From positions 1-29,990 of the IMG/VR virus record IMGVR_UViG_3300022697_000105: 29,990 nt of DNA; one strand, given 5' to 3'. Below the pieces are notes generated by a model. The model did no database searches. It saw only the letters and a program-made list of their open reading frames with translations, and was not told where the DNA came from. Both the position numbers and the translations under genes were made by a program. Below, in pieces: positions 1 to 9,488 of this stretch. Position 1 is the stretch's first letter; every line of letters begins with the position of its first letter. Origin of the DNA: a virus (Duplodnaviria > Caudoviricetes).

Positions 1-3000
1 TTATCCGCTTGTAAGAATTCATCACAGTTGGTGTGATTTTTTGTGCAAGCAATTGTTGGGTTGTTGCATTCAATACAATGTCGGCATCGTGGTTTGCTGC
101 AATGTCATAGTCGTCAAGTGTGTCGAATCTTACTGTGGTTCCGTCAATTTGGTGCGCAAGGTCGCTTGTCGCAATCACCGCCCAAATGGTTCCGTTGAAT
201 GCAATTCCACTTCCTGTTCCACCCGCTGTGATTCCGTGGACCCTTATTTCATCAACGCCGCCTGTGAAGTTTGCGATGTAAGTTGAATTCGGTTCCAACA
301 CTAAGTGAATGTCACTTGCTGGTTCAACGATTGCTGGAAGCACATCAAATTGTTGAAGTGCAACCGCACCCGGTAAGTCATCGGTCAATGGCTGTGTTGG
401 CAATGTCCACAGGATGTCATTTGGGTTTGTTGATGGAAGTCCACCACCGTCATCCCGAACAAGTTTCAACTTGAAGAAACCACTTGGGCTTCCAAGTTTT
501 GACATTTGAAAAGCAACCTTGTTGATGGTTGTTTCCTTCGCCAATGTAACTTTCATTGAAAGTCTTTGCTGTGTTGTTGCGTTCAATACAATTGGTGTGG
601 TTGTTGTTGCGAATAATGATTGGAATGCATCTTTTGGTTCAGTCAGTTGATGTCGTCCACGGAATGCGCCTGTGTTGCCGACCCTTTCCATTTGAACAAC
701 TTCAAGACTGTTGCCACCATTCTTGGATGCTTCGACCACAAAGTTCGGGTCAACATCCCCTTCAATATTTTGGAAGGCAAGGATGTCAATTGTGTTGATG
801 TCCTTTTCTTCGGTGTATTCATTGAAGTCAATAAGGTTGATTGTAAGTAAGTCATTGGTTGCAAGGAACTTATAAAGTTCTTCAACAATACTGAAGGTTG
901 CCGTTGCGCTGTCAACCAAGTCATCATTTGTTAAGTTGAAAATCACTGGTGCTTGTAATTGAAATAAGGAATCATTTTGCGCATCGTCGATTCTTGTTTG
1001 AATCCCGGATGCATCACCACTTCCACCACCTTCACCACCAGCACCCACACCAAGTTGTGTGACGTTGGCTTGAACGATGTCTTCAATGTCTGTGTCACCA
1101 GCGTTTCTTTGAATGAAGAATTGACCAAGTGAAATGTTTCCACTGAATGGTGCCCTTGGTGCGGCATCGGCTGTTGCACCGTCCGCACTTCCAACCAAGA
1201 CCAACATTTGAATGTTGATTGTATTATTGGCATTCACACTTGACGGAACAATGTTCACAGACATCCAACGAAATTGCGATGCTGCAACAGTCGGTGGTGT
1301 GAAATTGATTCCAAGTGGTGTGGTCCCATCACTTTCAAAGATTGAACCCGTCTTTGGGTCAATTTCCGCACCAGAAAATTTTGGAAGTAAGTTCGACAAC
1401 TTTTGACCCAATGCTGTGTTGTCTGTTTTGACCGTTCCAATTCCTGTGATGACAAGCCTTTTCTTATTGGAAGGATGTTCACGAATCTGAAGGTCTTTGA
1501 AATATTTGTCTAAGGTCAACAACACTTTCGCCATGTCGTCATCGGCGTTCGGTATTGTTCCACCAAGGTTTGCTGGTGGTGTTGCAGCATTGACACCTGT
1601 GAAGATTGCGCCCGCACCGTGGTCTTTGTCTTGCAACCCTGTCAGTGTTCCGTGGTCACTTCCACCACCTGTTGGAATCCCTGATTCAACATCACTTCGG
1701 AAGTCAGTTACATCAACAAGTCGTGTGTTGACACTGTTGGTGAATGCCGCTTGTGTTTCAAAAATTGCACGATATAAGACTTTTGCTTCAAGAACTGGAA
1801 AGTCGCCAACCATGAATGCTGAAGAAACATTGTTTGCTTGTGCATTACTTAGTGTTGTGTCTTCCCTTTGTCCCAAGACCGCAATGACTGGTTCATTCAA
1901 GTCATTGGTTGCAATCAAGAATACAGCAACAAAATTTCCGTCGGTTGCTTCCTGAAGCCCGAACGGTCCCGATGTGTCGTTGAATTGCATCAATGGTGTT
2001 CCACCCACAAGGAATGGAAACGATGATGCTGCAACCTTGCGCCACACACCTGTGACACCATCCCTGTAAAGCACAGGAAGTTTTGCCGGAAGTGAAAGGT
2101 CTTGTTCAAAAGGATTCGCTGGAACACCCGCATCAACGATGTTCATTTCAATGTCTTCGTCGAATATTGTTCCACCATTCAATGCAAGTTGTGCATGTGC
2201 ATCCGCTGAACCGTCACCCGCCGCATTGAAGGTTGCATCAAGTCCGCTTATGTAACGAACACCAAAAGCATTGTGTAAGTAATAATGTGTGCGACCGTCC
2301 ATGACAGCGCCATGACGTTCTTCACCCAACTGTGTTATTTCTTGTTGTGCAACATTCCAGTAAACAGTCGCAATGATAACCTTGTCCAAAAGAACATCTT
2401 CGGTAAGTCCCTGTTGTGTTCCAATGACACCGTTTGCATCAAAATAAATGTAATGAACACCGTCAAGGTCTGGAATGACGATGTTTTCAGCCGCCGCCTT
2501 TCTTCGGACACGACCCCTTTGGGCAATGTCGTAAAATGTTGCGGGTGCTTTTGGTTGAATTGTGAATGTTCTTGTTCCTGTAACAAATGAAATTTCCGAA
2601 TCACTTCGGTCTTTACTTTCAAAACCTGTTTGTTCATCAACAAGTTCCGCAAGATTTTGTGGTTGCCAATCACCAACAGCAAGTCTTTGCCAAAGTGATT
2701 TCAAATAGTCTGTTCCACCATTTCTGACAACAGCAAGTGAACCGTTGACTGGTGTTACTGAACCCGCGAAGACTGGTTGTGCCGTCCACAATAATGCGGC
2801 ACCAACGCCGCTGACTTCATAGATTCCTTCGATTGCACTATTAGTGAATAGGACACGGTCACCGTTGACGACTGGTATGCCGTCGGGTGAATGATTTGTT
2901 CCGACTGGAAGTGCTGAAGAAACAATGTCGATGTAATCAGTTTTGACGACAACATCATCCCTTTGTTCAAGTCTTTTCAATCCCCTTGTGAGTGATTCCG

Positions 3001-4276
3001 CATCAATCAAAAATAAGTTAAGAATTGCACCACCAAGTGCATTCGTGTAGTCCGGGTCAGCATCCGATTCATCACTTGCACCCAAATAGTCAAGTGTGTC
3101 TTGGGTCATTCCGTCAATGCGCCCAACCGTTGGTGTTAAGGCATCACCCTTAAGTTCCAATGTTCCGTTTCTGAAAATGATGTCATTTCCTTCACGAAAC
3201 ATTATTGGTTCAGCTTCCGGCGTGTTTGGCATTCCACCATTCGCCGCCTTTGAAATTACTTTTGTCCCACCGATTTGGTCTTTGATGATGTAAAGGATGT
3301 CACCGTCTGAAATTGCTGCAATGCTTGTTGCTGTAATGTCGAAGTCAAAACTTCGGTGTGGCAATCTTACATTCAAGTCAGCCGCAAAGGTCATTGTTTC
3401 GGTTGCCAAATTCCAAGTGATATTTCCACCACCAGTCAAGAAACCAAATGTCGAATCGACGATGTTTTGAATTTCTGAAACACCAATGATTTTGTTGACC
3501 CCAATGAAATCAAATGTTGATGGGATGTTTCCATTGTCGCCTGTGATTTTTCCCAAATATACAACATTCGGGTCAAGTGTTAAGTCTGTGTTTCGCTTAA
3601 CAGTTGGACCAAGAAGAATCACTTCATAGTCTGTGGCAACCGCTGAAATATTTCCAAGTGTTTGACCAAGTGCTGTGATGGTTTCAATTTTGTTATTTGA
3701 CCCATCCCAAATCACAGTCAATTCTTCAAAGGCTTGAACCTGTGAAACCGGGTTCTTCAAATAGACAAGAACTTTTCTTCCGGCATTACTTACACCAGCT
3801 TCCGTCACCGAATCAACAGTGATGGTCAGCGTTTCATCGCCGTCATCAACAACCAAATCAGGGTCAGCCTTTTCACCAATGCCGTCTTCAAATAATGAAT
3901 ATTTGACTTTGCCTGTTCGCACATTGATTTCTGTCAATCGTGGAATGGTGACAAATCGAAGACCAACAAAATAGTCGATGCCTGTTGCATTTTCAAAAGG
4001 CACGTTGTCGGCAAACAATGGGTCAAGTGTAAGAATGTTCCCAAGTGGTCCGTCTGTCCCTGTAAGTGGTGTGAAGATGTCGAACGTGTCAATGGTGTCC
4101 GCACTAAGTGGTGGGTTGATGTCCGGGTTTGGTTCAAACAAACCTTGCAATCTGAACGTCCGAAAACTTAAATCCCGAATTTTCTTTTCAAGGAAGTCGA
4201 AGAAATTTTCCGTGATGTTCTGTTGCGACAGGAATTTCTTCAAAAATATATTGACTTTTCTATCGCCTGTTGCCAT
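1..4276 (-). CDS. Very large tail fibre / baseplate-attached structural protein, 3'-truncated by the window edge (at least 1425 aa)
   Basis: Manually translated because it is missing from the ORF track (no stop in the window). ATG at 4276 follows AAAAGGGG. It starts MATGDRKVNIFLKKFLSQQNITENFFDF and stays open to position 2 (...TPTVMNSYKRI). It contains a fibre-type motif DGIPVVNGDRVLFTN..GIYEV and Gly linkers, and lies directly after the gpI-like gene. Confidence 0.8.
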   Translation of the reverse strand, partial: MATGDRKVNIFLKKFLSQQNITENFFDFLEKKIRDLSFRTFRLQGLFEPNPDINPPLSADTIDTFDIFTPLTGTDGPLGNILTLDPLFADNVPFENATGIDYFVGLRFVTIPRLTEINVRTGKVKYSLFEDGIGEKADPDLVVDDGDETLTITVDSVTEAGVSNAGRKVLVYLKNPVSQVQAFEELTVIWDGSNNKIETITALGQTLGNISAVATDYEVILLGPTVKRNTDLTLDPNVVYLGKITGDNGNIPSTFDFIGVNKIIGVSEIQNIVDSTFGFLTGGGNITWNLATETMTFAADLNVRLPHRSFDFDITATSIAAISDGDILYIIKDQIGGTKVISKAANGGMPNTPEAEPIMFREGNDIIFRNGTLELKGDALTPTVGRIDGMTQDTLDYLGASDESDADPDYTNALGGAILNLFLIDAESLTRGLKRLEQRDDVVVKTDYIDIVSSALPVGTNHSPDGIPVVNGDRVLFTNSAIEGIYEVSGVGAALLWTAQPVFAGSVTPVNGSLAVVRNGGTDYLKSLWQRLAVGDWQPQNLAELVDEQTGFESKDRSDSEISFVTGTRTFTIQPKAPATFYDIAQRGRVRRKAAAENIVIPDLDGVHYIYFDANGVIGTQQGLTEDVLLDKVIIATVYWNVAQQEITQLGEERHGAVMDGRTHYYLHNAFGVRYISGLDATFNAAGDGSADAHAQLALNGGTIFDEDIEMNIVDAGVPANPFEQDLSLPAKLPVLYRDGVTGVWRKVAASSFPFLVGGTPLMQFNDTSGPFGLQEATDGNFVAVFLIATNDLNEPVIAVLGQREDTTLSNAQANNVSSAFMVGDFPVLEAKVLYRAIFETQAAFTNSVNTRLVDVTDFRSDVESGIPTGGGSDHGTLTGLQDKDHGAGAIFTGVNAATPPANLGGTIPNADDDMAKVLLTLDKYFKDLQIREHPSNKKRLVITGIGTVKTDNTALGQKLSNLLPKFSGAEIDPKTGSIFESDGTTPLGINFTPPTVAASQFRWMSVNIVPSSVNANNTINIQMLVLVGSADGATADAAPRAPFSGNISLGQFFIQRNAGDTDIEDIVQANVTQLGVGAGGEGGGSGDASGIQTRIDDAQNDSLFQLQAPVIFNLTNDDLVDSATATFSIVEELYKFLATNDLLTINLIDFNEYTEEKDINTIDILAFQNIEGDVDPNFVVEASKNGGNSLEVVQMERVGNTGAFRGRHQLTEPKDAFQSLFATTTTPIVLNATTQQRLSMKVTLAKETTINKVAFQMSKLGSPSGFFKLKLVRDDGGGLPSTNPNDILWTLPTQPLTDDLPGAVALQQFDVLPAIVEPASDIHLVLEPNSTYIANFTGGVDEIRVHGITAGGTGSGIAFNGTIWAVIATSDLAHQIDGTTVRFDTLDDYDIAANHDADIVLNATTQQLLAQKITPTVMNSYKRI

Positions 4277-4334
4277 TCGCTTCCCCTTTTACATTATGTA
4301 TAACATCGTATAACATGTCTTTCAATCCTTCAAT

Positions 4335-6272
4335 CTATAAATCAAATCCGGGGTCAATTCTTTCCACATCGACCGGAAGCTGCATCATTTCAACTTCGCC
4401 GATTTGGATTCCTGTCGCACCGGACCTAAAGCCAAATTTTCCCTTTTCAAAACTACTGTCAAACACTTGGTGTTGTCGGTTTGAATCGACAAATGTTTGA
4501 ATTTCTGTAATGCCTGACAATTCATCATAACTTGTTGTGACGCTGAAGAAATACGTTGCGCCTGTGATGATGTCTTCCGTCACGAATGCACCAATCTGTG
4601 AACTTACACCAGCCAATGTTTTGTGAACCGAAGTCCGCAACAGCACCGTGTCAATCCTGAATTCATAAAAATTATTCGCATCCTGATAGTTGAACACAAC
4701 CGAATAGATTGTTGGTGTCACAGTTCCAATGTCATTGATGGACGCCGCAAGTAATATGTTCTTGAAGTCCGTGTCACCCAACACTGAAGTGACGAACCAC
4801 GCATTCGGGTCAAGTTCCATTTGTTGTGCGCTGTTCACCCGACCGTCACCAACGAATGGTCCGTCAATAACCCTGTCAAACTGCCCAATCCCGTCAAGAA
4901 AGTCGTCAAAGAACCGAACGAAAATCACATTCAGCCTTTCCGAAGTCGGTCGCATAAGATTCAAAATCCGAAGAATCAATGTTTTATTTAAGTCACCTTC
5001 GTCAACAATCCGAATGTCTGATTGGAATTCGTCAAGAAGTTCCGGTTGGAATTCGATGAATCCAACAAGTGGTTCAGGGAAGTTTGCGGTTGTCGCCGGG
5101 TTGTAAACAGCATAGTCAAGAACATCACCGGGGTCCAATGGGTTCCCTTCAATGTTGTTGAATTGCCTGTTGGACCACCTGAAGTTGTCCATGTCCACTG
5201 GTGCCACATCCAAGCCCACACCTGAACCACCAAGAAATAATTTTCCTGAATTTGTTAAGTCCCCAACGACGGCTGAAATGTCCTGAAACGCATCACTTTC
5301 AGCCAAGTCCCCTTTGACAAATATTCTTGCAATGTCGTTCACCCTGTCAACTGAAACAGCAATGTGGTGAAGACCACCATCATCAAAGTCAACACTTGCC
5401 GGACTGTGGGTTCTTATGAAGTTGTTCACACCATCATTCAGTGTGTAACGAACTTCATTTGTTGTGGTGTTCAATTCGACTTTCCAACCCTTACCACCAA
5501 GGTCCATTTTTTGAAATAATGTTTTCCATGTGAATGTGTTTGTTGTCCGAACAAATGCTTCAACTGTGAAGCTGTCTGACAAGTCATAAGCGCCTGTGTT
5601 TGGTGCCGAAATTACATTGTTCACAAATCGCGCATAGTATTCCGAACTTGCCGGAAACCCCGAATTCGGGGTCAGAAAGAAGAACACGTCTGAAACAGCA
5701 CCGTGAACAGTTCCGTTGTTGACCACAATGCTTCGGTCCAATGCACCGTTTTCAAATCCAAACAATGCAACCACGTTTGCAATTGGAATTGACTTTTCAA
5801 TTCCGGGTCCAGAAATCAAGAATGGGTCATCACCTAATTGGCTTTCACCAAACTGTGTTTCACCAACAATCCAACGGAAATCAAAGTAATTGAAAACCCT
5901 TGCGGACTTACCTGTGAACAGTCTTACAATATTGATGTAACCGGGTTCAGTTCCCTTTTGTTTCCATAGTGCAACAGCAAGTGAAATCAATTTCCTTAAA
6001 TCATTTTCACCAAGGTCATTTGTTATGTTGTTCAATTCTTTTGTGAACCCAACATGGTCTTTCAAGAACTGAAGCAAGTCAGCCCGTGTAAGTGCCGGGT
6101 TCAAAATTGTCTTAATAAGTTCAATGCGGTCTTGGTTATCTTCAAATATGAATTGCGGACCCGTCAAGAATCGTTCGACAAAGTTCCCGCCTTGCTTCCT
6201 GTCAAGTTCCCGGATGGGCTTGTGCAAGAACAAGAACATGTCATGTGCAAAATTTGGGTCAATCTTTGCCAT
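4335..6272 (-). CDS. Baseplate wedge protein, P2 gpI-like N-terminus with LamG/concanavalin-like domain(s)
   Basis: N-terminal ADLLQFLKDHVG...LRKLISLAVALWKQKGT motif typical of gpI-like tail proteins. Central FTVEAFVR...LHHIAVSVDR...RIFVKG...LFLGG...MDNFRWS is a LamG-like pattern. Follows the gpJ-like gene. Confidence 0.75.
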   Translation of the reverse strand: MAKIDPNFAHDMFLFLHKPIRELDRKQGGNFVERFLTGPQFIFEDNQDRIELIKTILNPALTRADLLQFLKDHVGFTKELNNITNDLGENDLRKLISLAVALWKQKGTEPGYINIVRLFTGKSARVFNYFDFRWIVGETQFGESQLGDDPFLISGPGIEKSIPIANVVALFGFENGALDRSIVVNNGTVHGAVSDVFFFLTPNSGFPASSEYYARFVNNVISAPNTGAYDLSDSFTVEAFVRTTNTFTWKTLFQKMDLGGKGWKVELNTTTNEVRYTLNDGVNNFIRTHSPASVDFDDGGLHHIAVSVDRVNDIARIFVKGDLAESDAFQDISAVVGDLTNSGKLFLGGSGVGLDVAPVDMDNFRWSNRQFNNIEGNPLDPGDVLDYAVYNPATTANFPEPLVGFIEFQPELLDEFQSDIRIVDEGDLNKTLILRILNLMRPTSERLNVIFVRFFDDFLDGIGQFDRVIDGPFVGDGRVNSAQQMELDPNAWFVTSVLGDTDFKNILLAASINDIGTVTPTIYSVVFNYQDANNFYEFRIDTVLLRTSVHKTLAGVSSQIGAFVTEDIITGATYFFSVTTSYDELSGITEIQTFVDSNRQHQVFDSSFEKGKFGFRSGATGIQIGEVEMMQLPVDVERIDPGFDL

Positions 6273-6466
6273 TACTGGTTTTCCTTATCAAGTGCTTCCG
6301 CACAAGTGTAACAATACAATTCCAAATCATCATCTTCATCAACACATCCCGGCGCAAAATAGGCAATTGGTCTTTCACATTCACAACAATGAATCTTTCC
6401 CCATGTGGAAAGTGACCCATCACCGTTCAAGCCGTTTTCCATTTCCTGTTTTGCGTCCATGCGCAT
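6272..6466 (-). CDS. Small acidic putative Zn-binding protein (CxxC...CxxC)
   Basis: 64 aa with CCEC and CYTC. Fills the gap between gpJ and gpI, with a GGGGG RBS-like run and a TAATG overlap into gpI. Confidence 0.6.
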   Translation of the reverse strand: MRMDAKQEMENGLNGDGSLSTWGKIHCCECERPIAYFAPGCVDEDDDLELYCYTCAEALDKENQ

Positions 6467-6471
6467 CCCCC

Positions 6472-8937
6472 TTAAACCACAGACACCGCAATTGTTCCAG
6501 CCAATGGAAGTTGTCGCGTTGTCATCGGTATTTCGTCACCGATTGCTTGTGGTGAAGTTACCGTTGCTTTCTTAATATTCACCGGGTCAACTTCAAAGAT
6601 GGTTGCAACAATCACTGACAATGGAATCGCTTGACCGAAATCCCATCGCTTTGTCACACCGTCGCTGAATGTTGCGTCCGGGTTCAACAATGCTGTAATT
6701 GCATTCTTGATTTGTTCTTCGTTCCCACCTGTGACTGTTGCCACAATGTCGATGCTGTTCGGGTCATAGTTGACCACAGTCGCTTCGTGGTTTGCCAATC
6801 CAACAGGTTCAATGTTGTCAATCTTTGAACCGTTGAAGAATTTTTCAATTTCAATTCTTTGTGCTTCAGATAACAATGCACCTGATTGTCCCACCACAAC
6901 AACTTCGATTGTCTTCACACCAAATGTTTCTTCAATTGCAAGTGCCCGTGAAACTGGTGAAGACCCTGTTGTTGGTGATTCAAATTGTGCGGATAAGAAT
7001 TCATAGTCAGCAACAGTGATTGCACGTCCCCGTGTCCGCAAGGTTGCTGGTCCTTCAATTTTCAATCGTGCAAGGTCTTGTTCGGTTGAACCTTCCTTGA
7101 CTTCAAATCCTTGGGCTTGTCTTGGGTTGAACAGTCGATTCACAAAACTGATTCCAGATTTGTTCACTGTGATTGTGCTGGAACCAACGTTTCCATCTTG
7201 GTCAGCACCGACACGATATATTGCACGAATGTTGTCCACGCCCGGTGTTGGAATCTTACCCTGAACACCATCACCGAATCTTACTTTTGCATTGTCGTTT
7301 GCATCAATGTCAATTGTGTAATCTTTTGAAGCACTGTTTGAAGACAAGAAGTTTTCTTTCAAGTTCCAAGGCTGGAATCCTGAACCTTCATCGGCTTCAA
7401 TTGTCAGTGTTCCTTCAATCAATGGTCTTTGCACCAAAAGGAACTGTTGATTTTGCGCACCGTTTGAACTTCCAAGTGGGTCATCAACAACTGTCTGTCC
7501 CTGAACAACAGGCACAAGCAAGAATTGTTTTCCGGTGTCGATTCTTATTCGGTCAACATTTGGATTGATTGGTGCGCCCGTTACCGAAACAACACGAAGT
7601 CGAAGCCACATTGCTTCAAGACCATTCACAATCAACGGCAACCAGTCTTGTCCTTGATTTTGTGGAAGTGTGTATTCAATTTTTCCATCTTCGGTAAGTT
7701 CAGTTGTTGCATCTTCGGTGTCACTTACTTCGTTCCACTGTGTTCCAACATTGTAGTCATTTTCATTCACTGAAACAGTCGCTTGTCCAAGAAGTCCTGT
7801 TGTCGTGATGATGTTCTTTGTTCCATTCCACGTTGACACCACAAATTCTTGTGCGGCTGTTGAAGTAAGAATCACACGAACAACTGTGTTTCGTCGGTCG
7901 CTTGTTCCAAGAAGTGTTGTCAAATCAAGTTCAAGGTTTGAACCCAAGTTGGTTACTTCGTCCGGTTTTGCGTCTTCAAAGGTTGCGTCGTAAAATTCAA
8001 TTGCGAATTTGATTCCCGCACCAACCGTATTGAACACCCATTCAAGTGTGTCCCACATGATTTGTGCATGACCAAAATATATAAGGTCGCCCGCTTTCGG
8101 CGTGTCGTCAAATAGGTCAAAGAATACACCGTCCGTCGATGCCAACCCCGTTTTGTTTGTGCTGAAACCACCTGACAAAGTTGTAAAGTTATCGGTTGCA
8201 CCATCGCTTTCAACGACCGTGATGGTTTCAACTTCTTGAATAATTGGGATAAGCGAAATGGTGTCCACACCGTCAAAGATTGCGGCAACCCTTCCAAGGA
8301 TTGCATCGTCGGCTGAAAGATTGATTGCGTCTGTGATGTTTTGTGCCGTGACCGCAATGGAACCCCCCGCCACCCACTCAATTCCAAATCTGAATGCGAC
8401 ACCTTCAATTGCGATTTCATCCCCGGCATCAAATACATTGTTGATGACTTTGATTTTTCCACTTGTGAATGTGAAGACCGCTGTTGGTTCGTCTGTTGGG
8501 TCAATTGTAAGTGCTTCGTTATTTTCAAAAATTATTTGTGGGCTTTCATCCGTTTCAACTGTGGCGAATTGACTGTTGATTGGAACGATTGATGTGATGA
8601 TGTCGAACACTTTTGAAAATTCAAGAACAACATCAACGCTTGAAGGTTTTGCTTGTGACAATGTCACGTCAATAAGTGCAAGGTGCCCACGAACAGATTC
8701 CAAAAGTCTTGCTGTTGGAAGCAAGGTTTCGTTTGCAACAACATCCAAAAGAACATTATTCAAATGTGCTGTCAGCGCATAAGCACGTTCAAGCTGTGTG
8801 TAAGGTTCTTCATCACCTTCATCGGTTATTTCAGGAACGTTTGCACGTCTGAATTGGGTCAACGAACGGATGATGTCGGGATAGTAGAACCCCGAAAAGT
8901 CAAAGTCTGGAATTTCAATAAGTCTTGCTTCAGCCAT
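6472..8937 (-). CDS. Baseplate wedge protein, gpJ/gp6-like (long Afp11/Afp12-type)
   Basis: Motifs include IPDFDF..YPDII..L, ETLLPTARLLESV, LGSSNGAQNQQF, VRFGDGVQGKIP, YRVG...GNVG and RAITVADYE. These are hallmarks of long baseplate-J proteins. Confidence 0.9.
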   Translation of the reverse strand: MAEARLIEIPDFDFSGFYYPDIIRSLTQFRRANVPEITDEGDEEPYTQLERAYALTAHLNNVLLDVVANETLLPTARLLESVRGHLALIDVTLSQAKPSSVDVVLEFSKVFDIITSIVPINSQFATVETDESPQIIFENNEALTIDPTDEPTAVFTFTSGKIKVINNVFDAGDEIAIEGVAFRFGIEWVAGGSIAVTAQNITDAINLSADDAILGRVAAIFDGVDTISLIPIIQEVETITVVESDGATDNFTTLSGGFSTNKTGLASTDGVFFDLFDDTPKAGDLIYFGHAQIMWDTLEWVFNTVGAGIKFAIEFYDATFEDAKPDEVTNLGSNLELDLTTLLGTSDRRNTVVRVILTSTAAQEFVVSTWNGTKNIITTTGLLGQATVSVNENDYNVGTQWNEVSDTEDATTELTEDGKIEYTLPQNQGQDWLPLIVNGLEAMWLRLRVVSVTGAPINPNVDRIRIDTGKQFLLVPVVQGQTVVDDPLGSSNGAQNQQFLLVQRPLIEGTLTIEADEGSGFQPWNLKENFLSSNSASKDYTIDIDANDNAKVRFGDGVQGKIPTPGVDNIRAIYRVGADQDGNVGSSTITVNKSGISFVNRLFNPRQAQGFEVKEGSTEQDLARLKIEGPATLRTRGRAITVADYEFLSAQFESPTTGSSPVSRALAIEETFGVKTIEVVVVGQSGALLSEAQRIEIEKFFNGSKIDNIEPVGLANHEATVVNYDPNSIDIVATVTGGNEEQIKNAITALLNPDATFSDGVTKRWDFGQAIPLSVIVATIFEVDPVNIKKATVTSPQAIGDEIPMTTRQLPLAGTIAVSVV

Positions 8938-8946
8938 GTTTCACCC

Positions 8947-9318
8947 TTACCTTGTAAACGGCAAGCGAAAATCTTCAACCTTGTCCGTGAACTTGTCCAC
9001 ATATTCAAACGACATGATGATTTCCCCTTCGTTTTCGCTTTCTTCAAATTTGATTGGTTGGTTTGGCGACAGTTCAACACGGTCAACAAACTTTGCCAAA
9101 ATAGTATTCAACGCCCGTGTTGCGCGTCCACGGAATCCAACATTGTTGATTGACCAAATAAGTCCGGGGTCAATTCCCAATTGTTGAAAAGGATTTTGGT
9201 CACCGCCTTCAGAAAACGCAAGAATCAACATCTTCCGAAGTTGACGGCTTTCGTTCGTTTCGACGCGGGCACCACCTGACTTGTTGACACCCACTGGAAT
9301 TTGAAGACCTGTTGGCAT
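8947..9318 (-). CDS. Baseplate gp25/gpW-like sheath initiator
   Basis: 123 aa located immediately before gpJ. MPTGLQIPV...GG..V start and size fit the gp25 family. Confidence 0.7.
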   Translation of the reverse strand: MPTGLQIPVGVNKSGGARVETNESRQLRKMLILAFSEGGDQNPFQQLGIDPGLIWSINNVGFRGRATRALNTILAKFVDRVELSPNQPIKFEESENEGEIIMSFEYVDKFTDKVEDFRLPFTR

Positions 9319-9488
9319 TACGCAACCTTCCTTTTCTTAAGTTTCACTTTCTTTCTTACTGTCGGTCTTGCCGAACAATTCTTAACACATTGATATATTC
9401 CCTTTACTGTGTCCCGTCCCAAATTTTTCTTTGGTTCCCCACAATAATAACAACTGTTTGTGCGTTCCATTCCTTCAATCTTATTCAT
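9318..9488 (-). CDS. Small basic putative Zn-finger protein (56 aa, not in ORF track)
   Basis: Manual translation: MNKIEGMERTNSCYYCGEPKKNLGRDTVKGIYQCVKNCSARPTVRKKVKLKKRKVA. ATGA overlap with the upstream gene and TAATG overlap with the gp25-like gene. Confidence 0.65.
   Translation of the reverse strand: MNKIEGMERTNSCYYCGEPKKNLGRDTVKGIYQCVKNCSARPTVRKKVKLKKRKVA

Noticed and set aside
643-4137. Short minus-strand ORFs at the left end (643..927, 943..1233, 1255..1482, 2335..2682, 2755..2970, 3934..4137)
   Set aside because: They are alternative frames inside the single long ORF starting at 4276.
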